A program made the position numbers and the translations under genes. Source: Desulfatiglandales bacterium (GTDB lineage: Bacteria; Desulfobacterota; DSM-4660; Desulfatiglandales; HGW-15). Taken from it: a DNA stretch of 64,000 nucleotides. Under the pieces are notes generated by a model, which was not told the origin of the DNA, did no database searches, and worked only from the letters and a program-made list of their open reading frames with translations. Each line of letters opens with the position of its first letter. Position 1 is the stretch's first letter. The stretch spans positions 14,658 to 78,657 of the forward strand of contig JBMNCO010000161.1 in the NCBI GenBank assembly GCA_049366815.1, written 5' to 3'. Below are positions 1 to 10,108 of the stretch, in pieces.

Positions 1-1149
1 GGCTACCATACCAGGAAGCTTCTTGTTGTGCCCTTGAAGAGCAGTGACCGCATCATCGGCGCACTTACTGCAGTCAACAAAAAACACGGGGACTATGAAA
101 AGGCAGACATGGAACTCTTGAGCATTATTGCCGGAACCGTAGCGCTTTCAATAGAAAATGCCAGGTTTTCCGATGAGATAAAGCAGGCCTACAGAGAAGT
201 TTCAAGCATGAACCGCGCCAAGGATAGGGTCATCCATCACCTTTCCCATGAATTGAAGACCCCCGTATCGGTCCTTATCGGATCACTCAAAATCCTCAGA
301 CGAAAATTGGGAGACCTTTCAGACGACAAATGGAAACCGACCCTGGCAAGGGCCGACCGGAATCTTCAGCGGATCCTGGAGATCCAGTACCAGGCCCAGG
401 ACATTGTAGGTTCGCGCCATTTTCTAACCTATGATCTACTGACCAAAGTGCTTGATCAGTGCGCCGACCAGTTTGAAAGTCTGCTGTCTGAGGAATTCGG
501 CGAGGCACCCGTGATTCCAAGGATCCGTAAAAGGCTGGAGGAGATATTCGCAGCAAGTGAACTCACCCCTCGAAAGATCGACCTGGCCGAATTTGTTCGA
601 GAGCGGATCAAAGTTCTCCAACCCTCTTTTCTCCACCGGGAACTCGACATCCTTACACACTCGGATCCTGTCCCACCCATTTTGATCCCAGAGGAGATCC
701 TTCAAAAGGTCTTTGACGGCCTGTTGAAAAACGCCATCGAAAATACCCCAGACGAGGGCAAGATCGAGATCAGGGTGCAAAGAAAGGATCGCGGCGCCCA
801 AATCGAGTTTCATGACTATGGCACGGGCATCACTGCGGAGGACCAACCCAGGATCTTCGATGGGTTCTTCACCACGCGCACTACGCTTGATTACTCTTCC
901 AAGCGGCCCTTTGATTTTAATGCCGGAGGGAAAGGCTCCGACCTCCTGAGAATGAAAATCTTCTCGGAAAGACACAATTTTGTGATCCACATGACATCGA
1001 CCCGCTGTGGTTTCATTCCCACTGATGCCGATACCTGCCCGGGTAGAATCAGTGATTGCGTCTACTGCAAAAAGAAAGAGGACTGTTACCGATCGGGAGA
1101 GACCTCCTTTTCGGTGACCTTTCCTGCGGCACCGGGCATAAAATCATAG
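1..1149 (+). CDS. Sensor histidine kinase, 5'-truncated by the window edge (GAF end - HisKA - HATPase_c with Cys-rich insertion)
   Basis: The frame is open from nt 1 (GYHTRKLLV precedes the listed ORF). H-box HLSHELKTPV. ATPase boxes KNAIENTPDEG, HDYGTGI, IFDGFFTT, AGGKGSDL. C-x10-C-x6-C-x2-C-x5-C between the G2 box and the last strand. Confidence 0.85.
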   Translation, partial: GYHTRKLLVVPLKSSDRIIGALTAVNKKHGDYEKADMELLSIIAGTVALSIENARFSDEIKQAYREVSSMNRAKDRVIHHLSHELKTPVSVLIGSLKILRRKLGDLSDDKWKPTLARADRNLQRILEIQYQAQDIVGSRHFLTYDLLTKVLDQCADQFESLLSEEFGEAPVIPRIRKRLEEIFAASELTPRKIDLAEFVRERIKVLQPSFLHRELDILTHSDPVPPILIPEEILQKVFDGLLKNAIENTPDEGKIEIRVQRKDRGAQIEFHDYGTGITAEDQPRIFDGFFTTRTTLDYSSKRPFDFNAGGKGSDLLRMKIFSERHNFVIHMTSTRCGFIPTDADTCPGRISDCVYCKKKEDCYRSGETSFSVTFPAAPGIKS

Positions 1150-1272
1150 AAGCGTTGAGATTTTTCCCGTCCCTTTACAATCTGACAGATCTTGTTGAAA
1201 TCGTTCGAACGGCATCAGGGTTCATCCTCGATTTTTCGAAGAGGGCCCTGTTATGAGTATGAGGAGAAGGAC

Positions 1273-3633
1273 ATGGCCCAGGAACCGAGCTATGAGCCCT
1301 TGCAGGTGAAACTCCAGGAAGTCAAAGAGGAGCTAAGACATTGCAGGGCCAAGAGAGACTTTTATAGGCAGAACTCAACCACGCTCCTTCGCATTTTTCA
1401 GTGGATTTCCATCCCAATCCTCGTCATTGACAAAAACCACACCATAACCCACTGCAACAGGGCCTATGAAAAATTCAAGGGGGTCTCCGCCCGTGATTTG
1501 GTCGGGACCGATAAACACTGGCTGACCTTTTATTCCACAAAAAAACCAGTCATACTCGACTACATTGTTGATGAAAAATCGGAGGCTGAAATCCTGTCCT
1601 ATTTTGGTCCTGAGTGCCGCAAATCCCCCATAGCGGAGGGAGCCTATGAGGCGGAACTCTTTTTCCCGAGCCAGGGAGAAAACGGGAAATGGTTCTTTTT
1701 GACGGCCGCTCCCCTGTTGGACAAAGACGGTAAGGTTATCGGCGCCATCGAGACTTTTCGAGACGTCACCAAGCGGAGGACGGCCGAGGAGGAAATCCGC
1801 CTCTCGGAGCGCCGTTTCAGGACACTGCTAAATTTCGTCCCCTACCCCATCAGTGTTGTGTCAAGAAAGGGAGAGGTCGCCTATGTGAATCCCGGCTTCA
1901 CCAAGACCTTTGGGTGGACACTTGAAGAACTGAAAGGGAACTTGATCCCCTTTGTCCCCCCGGATAAGCGCTTCGAGACCATGCAATATATGAAGAAACT
2001 CTTCAAGGATAAGGTCCTCCTCCGCCACGAGTCCAAACGCATGACAAAGGAAGGGCGGGTCCTCGATGTGGTCATCAGGGCAAGCTTTTTTTCAGTCGAC
2101 AGGAGCAAGGAAGCAGGCATCCTATCCATATACAGAGATAATACATCGGAAAAGAGGAATGCGAGAATCAATGAAGCCGTCCTGAGGATCAGTACCGCTC
2201 TGCCTAAATATCCAGACCTCGAAAAACTCCTGGATTACATCAATAGTGAGGTCAAAACACTTCTGGACACCGAAGCATGCGTGGTCATGCTCCATGATCA
2301 GGCCAAAGATGAGATTTTTGTCCTTGGAGGGGCCTATGACGAGAACTCCTCACTCAGGCGGGTGAAGGAGATCCGTTTCACTATGGATCAGCTTATTGCG
2401 GGCAGAGTGATACAAACAGGGCTACCGGCGATTGTAAACGATACAGCAATCGATACTGAACTCCACAGGGAGAGGGACAAAAAGCTGGGCCATCAAACCA
2501 GGAATCTTCTTCTTGCTCCCCTCCAAGGTCGGGATCGCATCTTTGGGGTGCTCTGTGCCATCAATAAAAAGAAAGGTGATTTTGAGGCGGCTGACCTGGA
2601 CCTCCTCAAGATAATTTCCGGGACCGTTGCTCTCAGTGTTGAAAACGCGAGGGTTACCGTTGCCCTCAAAAAGGCCTATGAAGAGGTCAAGAGCATGAAC
2701 AGCGCTAAAGACAAGGTCATCAATCACCTTTCCCACGAATTGAAGACCCCCGTTGCCATCCTTTCCGGTTCCATCGACATTCTGATGAGGATTCTGGCCG
2801 AGGTGCCAAAACAGCGGTGGGAGAATAATATTGCAAGGATTCAGAGGAACCTCGATCGCATTAAAGACATCCAGTATGAGGCTCAGGACATCATGGAGGA
2901 CAGACAGCTCCGCACCTATGGCCTCCTCTCATTGATGCTGGATCAGTGCGCCGATGAACTCCAGACTCTCATTGAAAAGCGGGTTGGGGACTCTACCGTT
3001 ATCCAGGAAGTCCGAAAAGATATCGAAGCGATCTTCGGCACAAAGGAGGTGACTCCCCAAAGGTTGTATCTTGCAGAAGAGACCGGGCGAAGGCTGAAGG
3101 CTCTCGAACCGATGTTCGCCCACAGAGATATTGAGATTTTGACGCGACTTGAAGACACACCCCCGATTTTTATCCCCCGGGATGCCCTCCACAAGATCAT
3201 AGACGGTTTGGTCAAGAATGCCATAGAAAACACACCGGACGAAGGAAGGATAGAGGTCATTGTGCGTAAAGAGTTGGAAGGCACCTCCCTGCTGGTTCAC
3301 GACTACGGCGTCGGTATCAAGGATGACGCCAAAAAACGTATATTTGAAGGTTTTTTCACGACACAGGACACGATGGACTACTCTTCGAAGAGGCCCTTTG
3401 ACTTCAATGCAGGCGGAAAGGGTGCTGATCTGCTCAGGATGAAAATCTTCTCCGAGCGGTACAATTTTCAGATTACCATGACTTCTCTGAGGTGTCGATT
3501 TTTGTTAGATGAAAAGTACGCCTGCCCCGGACGAATCAGCGCCTGCCGTTATTGCAGCGCGAAACAGGACTGCCATGACTCGGGCGGGACAATATTCTCT
3601 CTCTACTTTCCTCCTGCACCGGAGGGGGAATAA
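1273..3633 (+). CDS. PAS-PAS-GAF sensor histidine kinase, paralog of the upstream kinase
   Basis: ATG 1273 is preceded by GAGGAGAAGGA (the track start at 1192 is TTG). PAS-like segments and a GAF-like segment are present. H-box HLSHELKTPV. ATPase boxes KNAIENTPDEG, HDYGVGI, IFEGFFTT, AGGKGADL. Same 5-Cys insertion as feature 1. Confidence 0.85.
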   Translation: MAQEPSYEPLQVKLQEVKEELRHCRAKRDFYRQNSTTLLRIFQWISIPILVIDKNHTITHCNRAYEKFKGVSARDLVGTDKHWLTFYSTKKPVILDYIVDEKSEAEILSYFGPECRKSPIAEGAYEAELFFPSQGENGKWFFLTAAPLLDKDGKVIGAIETFRDVTKRRTAEEEIRLSERRFRTLLNFVPYPISVVSRKGEVAYVNPGFTKTFGWTLEELKGNLIPFVPPDKRFETMQYMKKLFKDKVLLRHESKRMTKEGRVLDVVIRASFFSVDRSKEAGILSIYRDNTSEKRNARINEAVLRISTALPKYPDLEKLLDYINSEVKTLLDTEACVVMLHDQAKDEIFVLGGAYDENSSLRRVKEIRFTMDQLIAGRVIQTGLPAIVNDTAIDTELHRERDKKLGHQTRNLLLAPLQGRDRIFGVLCAINKKKGDFEAADLDLLKIISGTVALSVENARVTVALKKAYEEVKSMNSAKDKVINHLSHELKTPVAILSGSIDILMRILAEVPKQRWENNIARIQRNLDRIKDIQYEAQDIMEDRQLRTYGLLSLMLDQCADELQTLIEKRVGDSTVIQEVRKDIEAIFGTKEVTPQRLYLAEETGRRLKALEPMFAHRDIEILTRLEDTPPIFIPRDALHKIIDGLVKNAIENTPDEGRIEVIVRKELEGTSLLVHDYGVGIKDDAKKRIFEGFFTTQDTMDYSSKRPFDFNAGGKGADLLRMKIFSERYNFQITMTSLRCRFLLDEKYACPGRISACRYCSAKQDCHDSGGTIFSLYFPPAPEGE

Positions 3634-3675
3634 AGCTGTTGTTACCAGAAAAGACATCCCCAAGTCGGTGTAACT

Positions 3676-4830
3676 TCAACAGCTTCTCGATATGGTCAAG
3701 GCAGGCTTCCCGCCACTCCAGCGCAACACTCTGCGCGGATCGATATCCAGCCCAAGACCCGAACCCACCAGGGCGGAGGCCTTTCCCTCCCGCCCAAAAG
3801 TCACGTCCTCACTGGTGATGTTTTCCTGTAGCAGGAAGGCGTCATAGGATCCCTCGTGACAGGCCGCATCACTGCAAAGCGTGCTCAGTGTCCTCCCTGC
3901 GGCGGAAAGGATTCCCGATTCTCCCACGTGACATCCGATTTGAAAGGCGACCCCGCGGGACCTCAAATATTCGATCATTTCCATGGATCTTTTAAAACCA
4001 CCGCATTTGGACAATCGAATATTGATCATCTGATAGACGTCCTCGCGGCCGATCCACGACAGGTCTTGGATACAACAGGCCGACTCATCCGCCATCAACA
4101 AAATCCCCTGCTCGTTCATGGCAGAGGCCAGACGCGGGATATCCGGGTCTTCCGTCGCCGTAGGCTGCTCAACGACCCGCACCTTAAAGCTTTTCAGGAG
4201 GGGCAGATGACTCATGGCCATGCCATAATCCCAAGCCATATTTGCGTCGATCGTCAGCTCATAATCATTTCCCAAGACCAGGGCCACAGCCTTCAGGGCA
4301 GCCCGGCTCTGTTCAACATTCCGTCCCAATTTGAGTTTCAGGCGCTTAATGCCAAGTTCAGCCGTCCGAAGACAGAAATCCATCACCCTCTGAGGGCTTG
4401 CCAGGGGTACCACGGCGCCGTAGGAGACGGTATCATGATAAAAAGTGTGGGGGAAATAATCGGCAATCGGCCTTCTCTGCTGCCTTCCGAGGGCGTCCAG
4501 CAAGGCCATTTCCAGAGCACAGATCAAAGAATGATAAGACTTTTCCCGTGGCAGGCTGTCAACAAAATCCCATATCTGGCCGACTTCCTCAAGGTCCCAG
4601 GGGAAACGGCCCTCAGGCAGAATAACCCCCAGGTCCCGGGCGGCCTTTTCCTGGGATTCTCCTGTAACATACGTGCGGGGAGCCCCCTCCCCATAGCCCC
4701 TTATATAATTCCTGTCCCCCAGGATCTCGACAACGATATTTTCCGCCGCAGATCTGTCCTTGACGGCATGGGAGAAAGAAAAGGCCAATGGAATGCTCAC
4801 ATTAAAGAGTCTTATCTGGTCTATTTTCAT
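3676..4830 (-). CDS. Enolase-superfamily enzyme, MLE subgroup-like (dipeptide epimerase / N-acylamino acid racemase / OSBS-like)
   Basis: KxK motif (RLKLKLG). Metal-ligand pattern TIDANMAW / VEQP / LMADES. Second catalytic Lys in INIRLSKCGG. Length 384 aa. Confidence 0.8.
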   Translation of the reverse strand: MKIDQIRLFNVSIPLAFSFSHAVKDRSAAENIVVEILGDRNYIRGYGEGAPRTYVTGESQEKAARDLGVILPEGRFPWDLEEVGQIWDFVDSLPREKSYHSLICALEMALLDALGRQQRRPIADYFPHTFYHDTVSYGAVVPLASPQRVMDFCLRTAELGIKRLKLKLGRNVEQSRAALKAVALVLGNDYELTIDANMAWDYGMAMSHLPLLKSFKVRVVEQPTATEDPDIPRLASAMNEQGILLMADESACCIQDLSWIGREDVYQMINIRLSKCGGFKRSMEMIEYLRSRGVAFQIGCHVGESGILSAAGRTLSTLCSDAACHEGSYDAFLLQENITSEDVTFGREGKASALVGSGLGLDIDPRRVLRWSGGKPALTISRSC

Positions 4831-6832
4831 ATTCTTTTACCGCTGAAAGCTCACCTGAATGAAGCACAGGATTTTCGGGCAGGGTTAAGACGAAAACAGT
4901 TCCTTGATTCAATTTGCTTTCAACTTCTATGGTTCCTTGGTGATCCTGTATATTCTGGTGGGCAATAAACAGACCGAGGCCTGTTCCATTGTGCATGCTG
5001 CTTTTGTGTTTCGTAGTGAAATAGGGATCAAAGACCCTGTCTAGGTGGGCCGGAAGAATGCCTATCCCGTTGTCTCGAATCTTGATAATGGTATTTGCGC
5101 CTCTGTCTTTGTTCTGAATCCTTTTCGTGCCGATTTCGATTAATCCTCCCTCGGGTGAGAATTCAACCGCGTTGGAAAGCAGATTGAGTATGACCTGTTT
5201 TATCTTTTCCTCGTCCATGTGTACCAGACCAACTGCCGCATCATAATCCGTCCGTACCTCAATTTTCTTTCCCTTGCTTTGAGGAGAGACGAGCAAAATC
5301 ATTTTATCGATCAGCCCGTGGAGGTCTTCCAGCTCAAAATGGGGCTCTCGTGTCTTGACAAGATCCAGCAGTTCAGTAATGAGATTGTTAACCCGGTTGG
5401 TCTCCTCCATTGCGATCTTGTAAAAATCGGTCCGAAATTCTTGGTCATCGTACTTGTAGGGAAGCATTTGTATGAATGTGCCGATCGCCGTCATGGGATT
5501 CTTGATTTCATGGGCCAGTCTTGCAGAAAGGTTACCCAAAAAAGAGAATTTCTCAGCCCGGCTCAACAGGGCGTGGGATCTTTTCAGGGCGACCATCTGC
5601 TCGTTGAGCCGTTTATAAAGTCTCGCATTCTCGATGGCAATGGCAATCTGGGGTGCAAATATGTCAAGCGTTTCCCGGGTGCCCTCGGGGATTCCACGAC
5701 CGTTTTCTCCATCCGTGGCAATGACCCCAATAACCTTGCCCCGTGTAATGAGTGGAACCACATACACTGATTCAGGCTTTCCGTAAGTCAATAGAATATT
5801 TTCTTTCCTTAAACGAGAAGCCTCGACCTCCGGAATGTATTCCGATCGTCCCACACTGGCCACCCTTGCAAGGATATTGCTCAGGCGATCGATATTGACT
5901 CTATAGTTCTTAACAGCATCCGGGACTTCCCCCTCAAACCCCACGGCGTATTGGTATTCGAGATGGGTGCCTGCCTGGTTGACAAGCATGATGAGGGCAC
6001 GGTCGATCTGACAGACATTGGAAAGGAGAGTCATGATGACGCTCAGCAGTTCGTCCAGATCCAGGATCGAAAGAATGGCCTTTCCCGTATCCTGAACGGC
6101 CATAAGCTGCCTGAATTTATAATTCAGATCCAGATTGAGGCGGTTGACTTCCTCATATTTCTGCTCAATGACTCCTTTGTCCTCCTCCATTGCCCGAATG
6201 GTCTCCTTGAGGACGGATTTCGGCGTAAAAAACCTTGAGAGAAAATCACGGAACCTGTCCCTGGCGAGCCAGGTTAGATGGAACTCACAATATGGGGCGC
6301 CTTCAAAAAAGCAGCAGCGCTCCTCGAGAGAAAGGGGCTTTGCCCCCCAAATTTGCGGCATATACGTGTAGGAACCCTGGTTCATAAGGCAAAAATCCTT
6401 GGAGGTGACCATATCCGGATTCCAATGGAGTCTCACAACGGCCTCCCTTCTGCCCAGTTTCACCAGTTCAACACGTTTATTTCGGTTCCACTTCTCGTTG
6501 ATCTTCTGAAGGTTTCGAAGCCCTTTCTGGGTGGACCCGAAGGCCCTCGCAATGATCCCCTGATAACCCAAGTGTCGGTGCTCGACGGCGTGCCTTGCGA
6601 TTTTGAAGGCCACACTCCTGTCATTGAAGATGCGTTCGGCCCGATTGTACAATTCGACGGCAACGGCACCTGAAATCCAGTTATTCGTATCCGTCAGGAA
6701 GGCCTCCGCATCCGGAAGGGCGTCTATGAGGGGATCCAGGTTCCCCAGCAATCCCGAAATATCATCCTGATTATTGGCCCTTACATAATCAAAAATGGCC
6801 TTGGAATTTATGCAGTTCACTTCCTTTTCCAT
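4802..6832 (-). CDS. Cytoplasmic sensor histidine kinase (unknown N-terminal sensor - GAF - HisKA - HATPase_c)
   Basis: H-box LAHEIKNPMTAI. ATPase boxes LLSNAVEFSPEGG, DNGIGI, VFDPYFTTK, GTGLGL. A GAF-like middle region is present. The N-terminal ~190 aa end in CCFFEGAPYCEF. ATG 6832 is preferred over TTG 6856. Confidence 0.85.
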   Translation of the reverse strand: MEKEVNCINSKAIFDYVRANNQDDISGLLGNLDPLIDALPDAEAFLTDTNNWISGAVAVELYNRAERIFNDRSVAFKIARHAVEHRHLGYQGIIARAFGSTQKGLRNLQKINEKWNRNKRVELVKLGRREAVVRLHWNPDMVTSKDFCLMNQGSYTYMPQIWGAKPLSLEERCCFFEGAPYCEFHLTWLARDRFRDFLSRFFTPKSVLKETIRAMEEDKGVIEQKYEEVNRLNLDLNYKFRQLMAVQDTGKAILSILDLDELLSVIMTLLSNVCQIDRALIMLVNQAGTHLEYQYAVGFEGEVPDAVKNYRVNIDRLSNILARVASVGRSEYIPEVEASRLRKENILLTYGKPESVYVVPLITRGKVIGVIATDGENGRGIPEGTRETLDIFAPQIAIAIENARLYKRLNEQMVALKRSHALLSRAEKFSFLGNLSARLAHEIKNPMTAIGTFIQMLPYKYDDQEFRTDFYKIAMEETNRVNNLITELLDLVKTREPHFELEDLHGLIDKMILLVSPQSKGKKIEVRTDYDAAVGLVHMDEEKIKQVILNLLSNAVEFSPEGGLIEIGTKRIQNKDRGANTIIKIRDNGIGILPAHLDRVFDPYFTTKHKSSMHNGTGLGLFIAHQNIQDHQGTIEVESKLNQGTVFVLTLPENPVLHSGELSAVKEYENRPDKTL

Positions 6833-6998
6833 TGACAAGCCCCATACGAAAGTCAACCACTAGCGTTTGATTTCCATCAAATGCAGGTTGTTCTGACAGG
6901 GACGCTGGATGCTTTCGTGCTCCCGAGTTGAAATGCTACGAAATCAGGCATCCCTGAGACAGGTTCCTGGGAGGTATGACTCGGAAAGACGCCGGCGA

Positions 6999-7976
6999 TT
7001 AAGAACCCGGTGCCCATTGAGGTTTCAACAAGGCCGGCCTTTCAGGAGGATTGCCTCCTGGAATATAGGAAGGAACCCAGCCGATTTCGCCATAGTTCTT
7101 CCATTGATACCACTGTTCGGGATTCTGATAGATATGGTGCTCCAAAAACTTCAATACGGTTTCACCTACTGAAGAAAATCCCCCGTTCTTCATTCTCTGC
7201 GCCATCTCATCGCGGGAGACCGCGATAAGTTTGTAAGAGTTCAGACTATAGCGATGAATGACCCCGAAGACCACCTCTGCCTTTGTTCTTTTATAGATGA
7301 CATTAATTGTCCTGTCCAGTCCCGTCACTTTTCCAAGAAATGAAATCTTCTCGATTTTCGATGGCCGCCACTCCTCGATTTCGTCGCACTCGGTGACGAC
7401 AATCCGGTTGTTCCTCAGTTCACTGACTGCGGATGCAATGACGCCCCCTGACTGGGCTGCGTCGATGAGTCTGATGCCATATTTTTCCGCCTGGGAAAAG
7501 GCCCTCTCCTTCAACTGCTTTGAATTGAACCGGGCAATCATGGTAACGGGCAGGCTGTTTACGGCCAGCAAGGTCGGTATATATTCTATCGCTCCATAAT
7601 GACCGGTTACCATGATCACACCGTTTCCTTTGGACAGTTCTCTTCGCAACACATCCAAATCGTCGATCCTGATGCTGTTTTTCAAAAAGTCGGCGGCCTT
7701 TTCAGGTTTTTCAAATGCAATAAACATCTTTTCGTAGTAATGGCACAATATGCCGTCAAAAACGCCCTTTTTGATCTTACGGGCATTCCTCCTGTTCCGG
7801 CCTGAAGCCACTTCAGAAACGGCATCAATGATTCTTCTTTTTTCTTCCTTCTTGAAAAAAAAATAGGTCCTCCCCAGGGCAAAAACAAGCAACCGAGTCA
7901 CCTTCCAGCCCAAGGTCAGATACAGAAAGATGTTGACTTTCCACTGCAAAAACGCACTAAGCTTTACGGATTTCAT
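6999..7976 (-). CDS. Lipid A biosynthesis (LpxL/HtrB-like) lysophospholipid acyltransferase family protein
   Basis: N-terminal TM segment. Acyltransferase HxxxxE-type box VTGHYGAIEY. ATG 7976 is preceded by AAGGAG at 6-nt spacing (the track start at 8024 is GTG). Confidence 0.7.
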   Translation of the reverse strand: MKSVKLSAFLQWKVNIFLYLTLGWKVTRLLVFALGRTYFFFKKEEKRRIIDAVSEVASGRNRRNARKIKKGVFDGILCHYYEKMFIAFEKPEKAADFLKNSIRIDDLDVLRRELSKGNGVIMVTGHYGAIEYIPTLLAVNSLPVTMIARFNSKQLKERAFSQAEKYGIRLIDAAQSGGVIASAVSELRNNRIVVTECDEIEEWRPSKIEKISFLGKVTGLDRTINVIYKRTKAEVVFGVIHRYSLNSYKLIAVSRDEMAQRMKNGGFSSVGETVLKFLEHHIYQNPEQWYQWKNYGEIGWVPSYIPGGNPPERPALLKPQWAPGS

Positions 7977-8436
7977 GTCGCACTCCTTAAAAATTGAATT
8001 TTCCTGTTCATTGACCGGTGTCACTCTTCAGAACCCCTCTCAATAGTCGTGCCATGGTCTGAGAAAGAGCAAACAGGGCTTTCCCCATTGAAAACGGGGA
8101 TCACCCATATCGCACTATCGAATCCATTTTTTATAAGATTATAATGGGTTAAAAGGAAAGACTCAGATCAGTGCGGCGCTGAATGTTCCCGGCGGCACCG
8201 GAAGGAATCCGAGGACTTGATCTATGAACCTTTGAGATACGATGGCGCGCACAGGTTTTTGTGCATTTTGATCGGTCTTGCCCTGCAACTGTCCTTGACG
8301 TGCTGGGAATTGTATGGTCAGATGCATCGCTGATTCTTCGTGCTGTTTGAACTGGAATCGGGTGACCGGAAGCCTATGCGAATCGCTTTGTTTTCCCTCG
8401 GGAATCAGGGCTCACATCGGATTATTGGGTGTTGAA

Positions 8437-9789
8437 ATGGATAAAAAGGCAACAATTCTTGTTGTTGATGATGAACGTGGAATCCGTGAGTCGTTCAATA
8501 TGGTCCTGAAGGAGGACTTCAACGTTCTTCTTGCGGAAACAGGAAAAGAGGCTATCGATATCTTTACGCAAACCAATATCGATGTCATTCTTTTGGATAT
8601 TCTTTTGCCTGATATCAACGGGTTGGATCTCTTGGGACAACTGAAGTCCATAGAGCCGAACACAGAAATTATCATGGTTACGGCCGTCAATGAAATCCAG
8701 ACGGCCGTAAGTGCCGTCAAACTGGGAGCCTACGAATATTTGATCAAGCCCTTCGTGGTGGAGGATGTACGCAATATCATCAACAGGGCTCTGGAAAAGC
8801 ACAGCCTATTCAAGGAAGTCACTTACTTGCGAAAGGAGTTGGAAAGGTATCATCCCTTTGAAAAGATTATCGGCGAGGACGACAAGATGCAGGAAATCTT
8901 TGACCTAATCTCCTCAATAGCGGATAGCGAAGGGGCCGTCTTGATTCAGGGAGAGAGTGGCACAGGCAAAGAACTGGTCGCCCGGGCCGTCCACAACCTG
9001 AGCCCGAGGAGGGATTTCCCCTTTGTGGTCATCAATTGCGCAGCCATACCCGCCACGCTCATGGAAAGTGAACTTTTCGGCCACAGTAAAGGTGCTTTTA
9101 CCGGGGCCACACAGACGACCATGGGCAAGCTGGAGATTGCCAATAAGGGAACCGCGTTTCTCGACGATATTGATACCCTTGACCCCAAGATGCAGGCCAA
9201 GCTCTTGAGGGTCATCCAGGAAAAGGAATTTCAAAAGCTGGGCACGACCAAGGTCATTAAGATCGATGTCCGGTTCCTGGCATCGACCAACCGGAACCTT
9301 GATATGCTGATTTCAAAAGCAGAATTCCGGGAGGACCTTTTTTATCGTCTCAATGTCTTTCCGGTCAGACTGCCTCCCCTGCGCCAGAGGAGAAAAGACA
9401 TCCCCTTGCTTCTCAATGCCTTTCTAGACCGAAATGCAGCACGCACGGGAAAGCCGCCGAAAAGGTTCTCCAAGCGTGCCTTGAGTGCCTTGACCGAATA
9501 TAACTGGCCCGGCAATGTCAGGGAACTCGAGAACCTGGTCGAGCGATGCTTTACCATTGCCAAGAATTCCGTCATTCACCTCAAAGACATTTCATCCTTC
9601 CAGACCGGCCCAAGGGTTACGAATCACATACCTCTGAAAGAGGCTGTCAGCCACTTCGAACAGCAATATATCAATGAAGTTCTCGATCGCGTAAGCAACA
9701 ACCGAAAAAAGGCCGCTGAAATCCTCGGAGTTCATCGCAACACCCTGCTGGCCAAAATGAATGAACTGGGCCTTATCAAGGAAGACTGA
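8437..9789 (+). CDS. Sigma-54-dependent response regulator (REC - AAA+ - Fis-type HTH, NtrC family)
   Basis: REC domain (ILVVDDE ... DVILLDILLPD). Walker A GESGTGKE. GAFTGA loop. ESELFGH. C-terminal HTH AAEILGVHRNTLLAKM. ATG 8437 begins the REC domain. Confidence 0.9.
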   Translation: MDKKATILVVDDERGIRESFNMVLKEDFNVLLAETGKEAIDIFTQTNIDVILLDILLPDINGLDLLGQLKSIEPNTEIIMVTAVNEIQTAVSAVKLGAYEYLIKPFVVEDVRNIINRALEKHSLFKEVTYLRKELERYHPFEKIIGEDDKMQEIFDLISSIADSEGAVLIQGESGTGKELVARAVHNLSPRRDFPFVVINCAAIPATLMESELFGHSKGAFTGATQTTMGKLEIANKGTAFLDDIDTLDPKMQAKLLRVIQEKEFQKLGTTKVIKIDVRFLASTNRNLDMLISKAEFREDLFYRLNVFPVRLPPLRQRRKDIPLLLNAFLDRNAARTGKPPKRFSKRALSALTEYNWPGNVRELENLVERCFTIAKNSVIHLKDISSFQTGPRVTNHIPLKEAVSHFEQQYINEVLDRVSNNRKKAAEILGVHRNTLLAKMNELGLIKED

Positions 9790-10108
9790 AGACTCGATAA
9801 GTTCCCATTCAAAAAGACATCAGCATGCCCCATGAGGATTCATTCCAAACCTCACATCAATTTGACCCGTCAGTTCAGTAAAACGCAACAAAATCCGCAT
9901 TACGCTCAAATTCGACCAGTTTCGGGGTTTTTACCCGGCATGAGAAATCGGTCTCCTTTCCACAAAGTGGCACGCGTACCCACATACACCGGAGCGATGA
10001 TGTGTGTCATTTTCAGGACAGATGCGAACACCTCCTGAACAGAGATAATTCAGCCTTTTACGAAATTCGGAGGGCAATCAGACACACTTCCGGTCTACCG
10101 ACCGCACC

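Noticed and set aside
3633-3685. Imperfect 13-bp hairpin (AAGCTGTTGTTAC ... GTAAC-ctt-CAACAGCTT) between the convergent kinase and enolase-superfamily genes, as a possible bidirectional terminator.
   Set aside because: It has a 24-nt loop and a bulge, no U-tract on either strand, and its right arm overlaps the coding end of the minus-strand gene.
3856-4968. 370-aa plus-strand ORF antisense to the enolase-superfamily gene. Similar long antisense or alternate-frame ORFs occur elsewhere: 23666-24424, 24869-25630, 42892-43659, 46288-47043, 49165-50022, 56617-57543, 11705-12223.
   Set aside because: All lie opposite or out of frame to genes with clear family motifs. They have Arg/Pro/Gly/His-rich shadow-ORF composition and no recognisable motifs.
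9832-10038. 68-aa ORF between the convergent NtrC-type and secreted-protein genes.
   Set aside because: No RBS, unremarkable composition, and it lies in a convergent terminator-type gap. There is no support beyond being open.
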